A stretch of 64,000 nt of DNA from Podarcis tiliguerta (lineage: Eukaryota): the NCBI GenBank assembly GCA_965153285.1, contig OZ229118.1; one strand, 5' to 3'. The notes below the pieces were generated by a model. The model saw only the letters and a list, made by a program, of their open reading frames with translations, searched no databases and had not been told where the DNA came from. Of the stretch, positions 56,883 to 64,000 are shown in pieces (within the stretch, counting starts at the first letter, position 1; every line of letters begins with the position of its first letter). Position numbers and translations under genes: made by a program.

Positions 56883-59800
56883 CTACAAGAAAGAAAGAAA
56901 AAGGAACAACTGTCATTTTCCTCCTGAGAAAAGACTGAATAACATACATCTATAAAGAGGATTTTGTGAACACAGAAACAAAAGAGCCCTGCAATTTCCA
57001 ACCAAAGACATTACTAATTAAGAATCTTTGGAAGACCATAACGGACAACTATCTCCGCTCCAGTTTGGGATTCAAAGATACACTTATTTTGAACATGGAG
57101 GTTCTGTTTAGTTATCATGGCTAAATGATAGTTTCAACAGAATGGTCCACTAGGAAATTTGTCTAGTCCTATTTTAAAGCCATTCTCTGCTAGAGTTCCA
57201 ACCCCACATCACATGGCATCAGGTAACATGTGTCCGTTATACACATGTATATGCCATTTTGATTTTAATGTGATAACACAGTATTCAGAATGAAATAGCT
57301 CTGAGAATATTTTCCATAAGATGCCAGTAAAATGCTCTTAACATTATTCAGGTGCAATGCTTCCATTAATTCAATTTTCAATTGAATTTGTTGTCTTCCT
57401 AAATGTCTCCTCGGCCTCCTAATCCAGCCTCTCCCCTTATGAACCTCTCCCCAAAGTGTCTCTCCCCATATAAACTTAGCTGGACCCTGCAATCATCATC
57501 TGAGGCCCTTCTTCATGTGCCTCCTCCACGAGATGTCTAGAGGGTGGCAACATGAGAATGGGCCTTTTCTGTGGTGGCTCCCCACTTTTGGAATGCTCTC
57601 CCCAGGGAGGCTCCTCTGGCACCTTCACTGCATATTACCTTTAGGTGCTGGGCCATTTTTCTCTATACACAGACCTTTGGCCTTTAACAATGTATGGCTT
57701 TTATAAGTGGGTGGGATGTTTGTAAAGTACAACCACACCACCCCCACTACCCCAATTTGAATGTATTTATGTTTTGTTTTGTTTGTTTGTTTGTTTGTTT
57801 GTTTGGTGTTTGGTTGAAAGTTACTTTCGGTTTCTTTGGCAAGGCAAAGCAACTAAATAATAATTATTAATAATAATAATAATAATAATAACCTCTTTTA
57901 CTCCTCCTGCTTGCCCTCCTGTTACTACTGAAAGCCTGGAGAATGGAATGATCTTCATAGTTGTTTTCTTCATGGAATACCACCGACTTCGCCAGGTTGC
58001 CCAAATGATGCCATTGTCATAACCACTTGGCCCGGCATCTTTCTCTGTGTAAGAACCACCTAAAATACAAGCAGCAACGTAATATTATGTAAGTGGATGG
58101 TAAGATTATTTTTACAGAATGAGAAGATAAGCTGCACTTAACTTTACCCTTCTCTGTGCCCCCAGCAATTCTGCAGCAAGTTTCTAAACTTGTTTATTCA
58201 GAAGTCAGTTCCACTGAGTTGAATGGGACATTTCATAATAAGAACACTTAGTCAGTGCTTTTTTTCTGGAGGGACGCAGGGGTATGCATACCCCTAAACA
58301 TTTTGTGAATCTAAGTTTAGCCTCATTGAGGAGCAGTATTTCAGTATGAGTAGGAAAATGAGAGTAGCCCTAAACATTTTTGTAGAAAAAAAGCACCGCT
58401 CTCAGTTATACACACAATAAATATGTGATATGTAAAATGTCAATTGACAAGTAAATGGTTCCTCTTCAGGCTTATTCAGAGTAAGTATCTGAAGTGAGAT
58501 GAAGGGGGCATACTTTGTAATTACAATTCTTAATTGCTCATGTGTGATATGTAAGGAGTCAATTGACCAGCTAATGGCACCATTTCAGTATTAAAGTTTC
58601 CTATTTCAAGATATCTCAGAATCATAAACCACAGGAAAATGCATATACCTGGCCATCCAGATCCACAGCACAGCGGATACTTGATCCTGGAAAATCTGAA
58701 GCATCTGCAGACTTGCTGTAGCCAAAGGCTTTATATCATATTATATATTTATATCATATTATATAACTTTATATCAAAGTTGAATTGATTTCTCTCTCAT
58801 TGAAATCAATGGGACAGAAAAGTGCTTAAAGGAGCAACCTATGCATGTTAACTCACAAGTAAGTTGCCCTATATTCAGTGAGCCTAGGATTCACTTTTGT
58901 TGGATCCTACCCTGAATGAATAGGACTGGAGGGAGAAGAGATCAGTCCTATCAAACACCCCTTGATTGTGTCCATTTTAACTTGGATTGGCTCAGAATAA
59001 GTGGAACTGTTTCCAGATTATGTGAGGAGGTGTCTATGTTTGCCCATCTCTTTCTGAAACCTGAGATCAGATGAGTCAGGCCCCTGTTACCTGTCAAAAG
59101 TTTGGAGGGGGAGGGGAGAGAGGACTTGGAGCATGCAGAAAGCTCATAGCGTTACCTTGATAATATTTGCCATTGAGGTGAGCAGCATGACATCTGTTCA
59201 TCCACCACCCAGATTTGTCCTGTTCAGCACAGTTGCCATCAAATTTATCATTGTCGTTGTCAGCTGTGCTGAACTGCATTCCATTGTGGGATGTGAAGAA
59301 TTTGTCACTTGGGTCATCTCCAAAATCAAAGCCTTCAAAGGCATCACCAGCCTCACCGCCAGAAAAGAAGGCATAAGTCAGGCGATACTTGTCTGCTTCA
59401 GTTCCCACTTTGAAGTGGGCGTAATCGGCATAGCTGTAGAAAGGAGAAAGTTAAACGTTCCAAATTTTACTAGCGTTAAGTGTCTTTTACTTTTGATTCC
59501 TCAGACATGTCCGTTAATCATATTACGTGGTGCAGGCATTGCAAGGGTACAAAATGGGGGCATGTGCGCAGAAACTGTCTAAAACAGCTGCCTGCCGAAT
59601 ACTTCATCCTGGTAGGTCTATAAACGTAGAGGACTTGATCGCACTCCTCTGTTCTGGGCACCATAGTAAAGCAGTTTTCTGCTATTACAGTTACTGCGGG
59701 AGTAAACTAGAGCTTGTTTGAGAGATGAGGTGCAAACCATCCCTGGGTCATAACATGGTACACTAACTTTACCTGCTTCTAAAATTAAAAATTTGCATTT

Positions 59801-62800
59801 TAAACAAATATAATTGTGCTTTTTGTGCTCTTCAGTGGAATATTGTCAGGTAAAATAACACTGGGGACAGCCCAGTGGTCTTTCATTAGTGCTGTGAACT
59901 ATTGGCCAGAACACATATCAATGTCAGATTGGCTGCTGGGAAGGAGCCTGGATCACATCTTGCAGGAAGCAGTAGAACCCAGAGAAGCCAACAATAGCCT
60001 TAAGACTTGTATTGGCTGGTAGCAAATGGGCAGAAAGATGATGGCACAGCATAACAGGCTTGCCAGGTGCTGACAAAGCAAGAGCCCTCTTTGCAGACTT
60101 TGGCCCACAGACCTGGAGTGGGGGCACGGATGGGTGAAGAGGACAGCAGAATGATCTAGTTTATGCTTAAGAATTTGGCAGCTGTACAGTGCAAACTTTG
60201 GATAGCCAGAGTTCCAAAGTCTAAGAGCAATGACGTCCTGCGACAAAGAACCAGGTGGAACATAGTCCTTTCTGCTGCACTTACCAGGCCCCAACAAGTC
60301 ACAAGACCCCAAGCCTTTGCTGTTACAGTTCCTCTACCCCAGCAATGCTCATACACAGATCCTGTATCTACCTCTTCGTCCTTCCCCTACAAAGCCCTCC
60401 TTCCCTGCTTCCATTGGCACCATTGTACCTCTCTCTAGACAACCGTTGCTTCACTTTCCCCTCCTGGCCTCTGGCCAGACCCCACTCATCCATCTTTTAC
60501 TCCCTGGGAAGCCCCTTTGCGGGGAGGCCTCATGCGTGTTCCTGCTTTTCTTGCACTATTTCCTCTTAACCTTCTGAGCCAAATGCAGTGTTACCAGCAG
60601 GTACAAAGTTCTTATGGCAAGAAAATGTGAAGTTTGGGAAGGGGAAATCCCCATTGTTCCTCCTGGAAGGACCATGTGTTTGACCACCACTGAAGAAATC
60701 CTCCTGGAGGAATACCTTTTTTGGCCACTCCAGTCCTCCAGCTCTATTCGCAAGGCATATGGAATAGCAGACTGAGTGGTTATCAGGTGAATCTTCTCAT
60801 TTCCAAGCCAGAATTCTGTCTGGTCATTTGGTGACAGGTGCCCAAAGCCTTCTTTGTACTGAATCCAGTTTTTATTAAAATCTTCACTCCCATCAAGCCT
60901 CTGATAAGGAATTGGAGAGGTAGGAAAGGGAAATGAATAGGATTAGTATTCATTTTATACGACTGATCCTCTCTTATATGTTATGCATGCCATGCATTCG
61001 CTATGCAGATCACATACCCTCTGGAAAACCGTCCACCCGTTTCCTAGTGTATCCATTTCACAATAGACCAGGAACTGCTCCTTGGCTTTGAGAGGTTTGA
61101 TGAAGTAGAGACCGCTCTGCCTGGCACCTTTATTTGCAATGTCTTGACAATCTATAATGAAGAAACAGGATCAACATATGTTAGTGAAACTGCTGTCTAT
61201 GGTATTCACATTTTAACTAAACAAGACTAAATACACCACATACCTCAATCGTTATAATTTGCATTCTTCTCCAGTGCTTTACCCAAAGAACTCAGGGCAA
61301 TATACACAGTTTAATCACTCAAGAATCACATGAAGTAGCTTAGGCTGAACAGAGATTTGAACCCAAGTCTCCCTGGCCTAAGACTAACCCCACACCCCTC
61401 AAACCCCACGTTCTGCTCTACGTGGAAACTGTTCTGGAGTACATAATTTAAAGACTGTTAACAAAACGCTTTGGACACTGAGATGTACCTACATTATTCA
61501 TCGCAAGTCTGCAGAAGTTAACGAGATACATTCCTATTTGTCTGCACCGAAATGTGGTTTTCTTGGAACTGTATTAACCTACAACTGAGCTATGGCCCTC
61601 CACCTCTTTACTTATATAGATAGAGATTTTGATAATTTTATAGGTCAAACAAAGCTTTTGAAACTTCAAAAAATACCACAAGTTGTCTCCACTCATTGGT
61701 CCAGCCGGGACTTCCACTAATGGGAAGGAGATGAGGCCTCTTGCAACTGCTCCAAATGCTATGTTGGGGTGAGGGGGGGGGGAATTTTGGAACAGTTTGG
61801 TAGGTGATGTGGGGAACTTCAGGTGAAAGGGAAGTTTTGCAAAAACTACCTTAAGCTGATGGAAGTCTGTGCTGCATTGGGATTCCATCAGTGGAAGGAC
61901 ACAAGTAGATATAATGCAGTAAACATGTCGACCTCAAGGCTCCACTTTTAAATATACTTATTTGTGAACATATGTCGCAGACATCAATGGAAACTGTGAA
62001 TAATTGTGCTTAGACTTGAGGTGAGAACAGAATGACAGCCCATAGATGTTAGCCTGGACTTAAGCCCATCTGGATCTTTAGAACTAAGTCACTAGAAGTA
62101 AGTTGTTTGTTTCCATGCTTTAGTGATGAAACCATTTTATAGTGACAACTGTCAAATGAAGAGTTATTTCTATTGATCTCAATCCACAGTCTTTGTACCC
62201 ACATCCAGTTCTTTCAGATTTAAAAAGATGCTTTCAAATGGCTGGGCTTCATGCTCAAGAATGAAATAAGACTATAAAATGGTCAATTAGCCAAATACAG
62301 TGCCTTTCCATAAAATGTTAGTACACAATAAACTGGCATTATCCTGTCACTGCGACTTCCCATTAATTTCTGTATATATTTGAATAGAGTGGACTTCATG
62401 ATCAGAAACAGATTAAATTTCTTAAAAGAGCTGTTAGCCACCTCAATAAGATGGGAGTGATGGCACACAATTCATCAAACAGGTACTAGGCTCTCACTCT
62501 TACCTCTTCCAGTTAATTCTTGGATCTGGACAGTGTCTTTGCACGGCTGTTGGCATTGTGCCTCAAGCTGAGCAGTCTTCTGCTTCAAATGTTGAATATT
62601 GTTATTGTTCGAAATCAGCAAGTCTGTCAGTTGCCTAGCAATTGAAAAACCCAATACAGGACAGCTTTATTGGAACAATAGTGGAAGCTGAATTCATTTA
62701 GACTGTGGGGAGGTTGGGGGGGGGGCAGAGAATCATATCTTATCTCAAGTTACCTCACTCTCTGCATGTCCAGCAAACTGTCCACTGAAGGCATAGAGCT

Positions 62801-63690
62801 TGGTGCAGGTCCAGTGAGGGACCCCACTCTCCCCTCAATGCAGTCAGTCTACTAGGAGCAAGTGCTTGTTTTTCTGCACTAATATGACCTAAAAGAATAA
62901 TTGTACTGCATGCCTCCATGTCTGCTGCCTTGAGCTCATTGGAGGAATAATAGATGGCTGTATCTGAGTTCCTTAGATGTGTAAGAAGCATCTGCTGTAG
63001 TCTGATTCAACGGGTTTATTCAGAGGTTAGCCCCAATGTATTAAGTGAGGCTTGCTTCCAAGAAACAGGTATAGGAGCTGCAGTTACACAGATAGCTTAA
63101 TTCTCTTGGTTGGATTATAACTTTAAACAAGTAAATAGCTTGATTAGGTGATAAACCTTAACTAAGAAAACAACCTGTCTGTTTACACAGATTAAGTTAT
63201 AAGAACACATACATTTTCTTCAACACATCAGCAGAACTTCATTGAGGAAGCGAAGCAGTGAGATTAAGTAAAGTCCTCAAAGCTGCAGTAACAGAAGATA
63301 CATACTGTATTGTATTTTCATGGGCCACAACGATGTTTTCATATCTGATGATTTCGTCAATGATTTCTCTGGACTTTTGAGTATAACCTGGAATCACATC
63401 TGCAGAACAGGAACAAAAGCATGCAAAATGTTAGTGATGTGCTGCTATATGAACTGCGAAATAAAGGAATGTTTCCACTGTACTGTAGTGGCCTTTGCGT
63501 TCTCACTTGGCTGAGTTTGAGGGGATCCCATGTGCTCCCGACGAATCTGAGAGATCAGTTGGTCCGTTAAACCTGAAGAGTTAGAGATCTGTTCCAGGAT
63601 TTGTTCAAGTATCCGGAGATCTCGATCCACTGTAGGCTGATATGTATTCAAGAAATCTGCAATGCCACATGTGGTGGGGCAAAAGCTACC
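56868..63690 (-). CDS. FGG: Fibrinogen gamma chain, 5'-partial (exons 3-10; exons 1-2 outside the window)
   Basis: Exons 63507-63690, 63306-63399, 62504-62634, 61018-61151, 60716-60900, 59156-59433, 57893-58059, 56868-56882. [51 protein letters not shown]-terminus GGVKEVGDV*. Confidence 0.96.
57400..57700 (+). mobile_element. L2/CR1-group LINE 3' fragment in FGG intron 9
   Basis: GGGCCTTTTCTGTGGTGGCTCCCCACTTTTGGAATGCTCTCCC motif typical of squamate L2-type 3' ends; recognised by eye. Confidence 0.5.
57856..57891. repeat. (AAT)n microsatellite at the FGG exon 9 donor; (TTTG)n at 57770-57804
   Basis: Seen directly. Confidence 0.9.
57893..58059 (-). CDS. FGG: FGG exon 9
   Basis: [55 protein letters not shown]. 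Confidence 0.92.
58253..58398. mobile_element. hAT-like MITE in FGG intron 8
   Basis: CAGTGCTTTTTTT ... [16 protein letters not shown]; degenerate 8-bp TSD CACTTAGT/CTCTCAGT. Confidence 0.65.
59156..59433 (-). CDS. FGG: FGG exon 8
   Basis: [32 protein letters not shown]...GKYYQ. Confidence 0.95.
60716..60900 (-). CDS. FGG: FGG exon 7
   Basis: [43 protein letters not shown]... Confidence 0.94.
61018..61151 (-). CDS. FGG: FGG exon 6
   Basis: [44 protein letters not shown]. Confidence 0.94.
62504..62634 (-). CDS. FGG: FGG exon 5
   Basis: [43 protein letters not shown]. Confidence 0.92.
63306..63399 (-). CDS. FGG: FGG exon 4
   Basis: [30 protein letters not shown]. Confidence 0.9.
63507..63690 (-). 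CDS. FGG: FGG exon 3
   Basis: [25 protein letters not shown]...ISNSS sequon. Confidence 0.93.
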
Positions 63691-64000
63691 CTAAAGGAAA
63701 AGAGAACCTTTAAATCACGCTGCAGAAGAAGAAATGTTTAACAGCCCGACTCTGTAATTTTTCATCCCCTACACATGCAGAACCTGATGAATATTAATCA
63801 CCCCCTTGTAGGCTAGACAAGAGGAGAGTTTAAAACACAACGATAAATGAGCTTATTTTAAAATATCGCATGCAGTCTGTAACCAACGTTAAAAGCAGCC
63901 ACACATTTTAACAACTGCTTCACAAAGGAATACACATACCAACATGCCAGTGGTAACCATATTAGTAAGAAGTGCAAGAGATATTGACTTACAAATCGGT

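Noticed and set aside
59133-59582. 149-aa plus-strand ORF
   Set aside because: Antisense shadow of FGG exon 8.

Overview
Vertebrate genomic DNA from a squamate reptile, probably a lacertid lizard, inferred from Sauria/Squam1-type and Squam3-like SINEs. The window holds the conserved PLRG1-fibrinogen locus. PLRG1 is complete (minus strand, 15 coding exons, 12784-27444, 516 aa) and lies head-to-head with a complete FGB (plus, 32890-41088). A complete FGA follows (minus, 45218-52402), with both the short alpha and the extended alpha-E ends, then FGG exons 3-10 (minus, 56868-63690; exons 1-2 lie beyond the window). Exon boundaries were read by hand from GT/AG sites and summed to intact reading frames. 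Positions 1-12 kb are intergenic, and SINEs, hAT and Tc1/mariner MITEs, LINE fragments and microsatellites are scattered throughout. Most notable: (1) an apparent extra 21-nt micro-exon inserting ATTTAAP into fibrinopeptide B; (2) a 70-bp inverted copy of the FGA alpha-E exon fused to a SINE 2.2 kb downstream; (3) the short-FGA poly(A) signal overlapping the alpha-E 3' splice site; (4) both mammalian-position RGD motifs are missing from FGA, with a new RGD elsewhere; (5) an (AAT)n microsatellite in the FGG gamma/gamma-prime donor; (6) a 1.2-kb fold-back hAT element just downstream of PLRG1. No evidence for a wholly new gene system was found.
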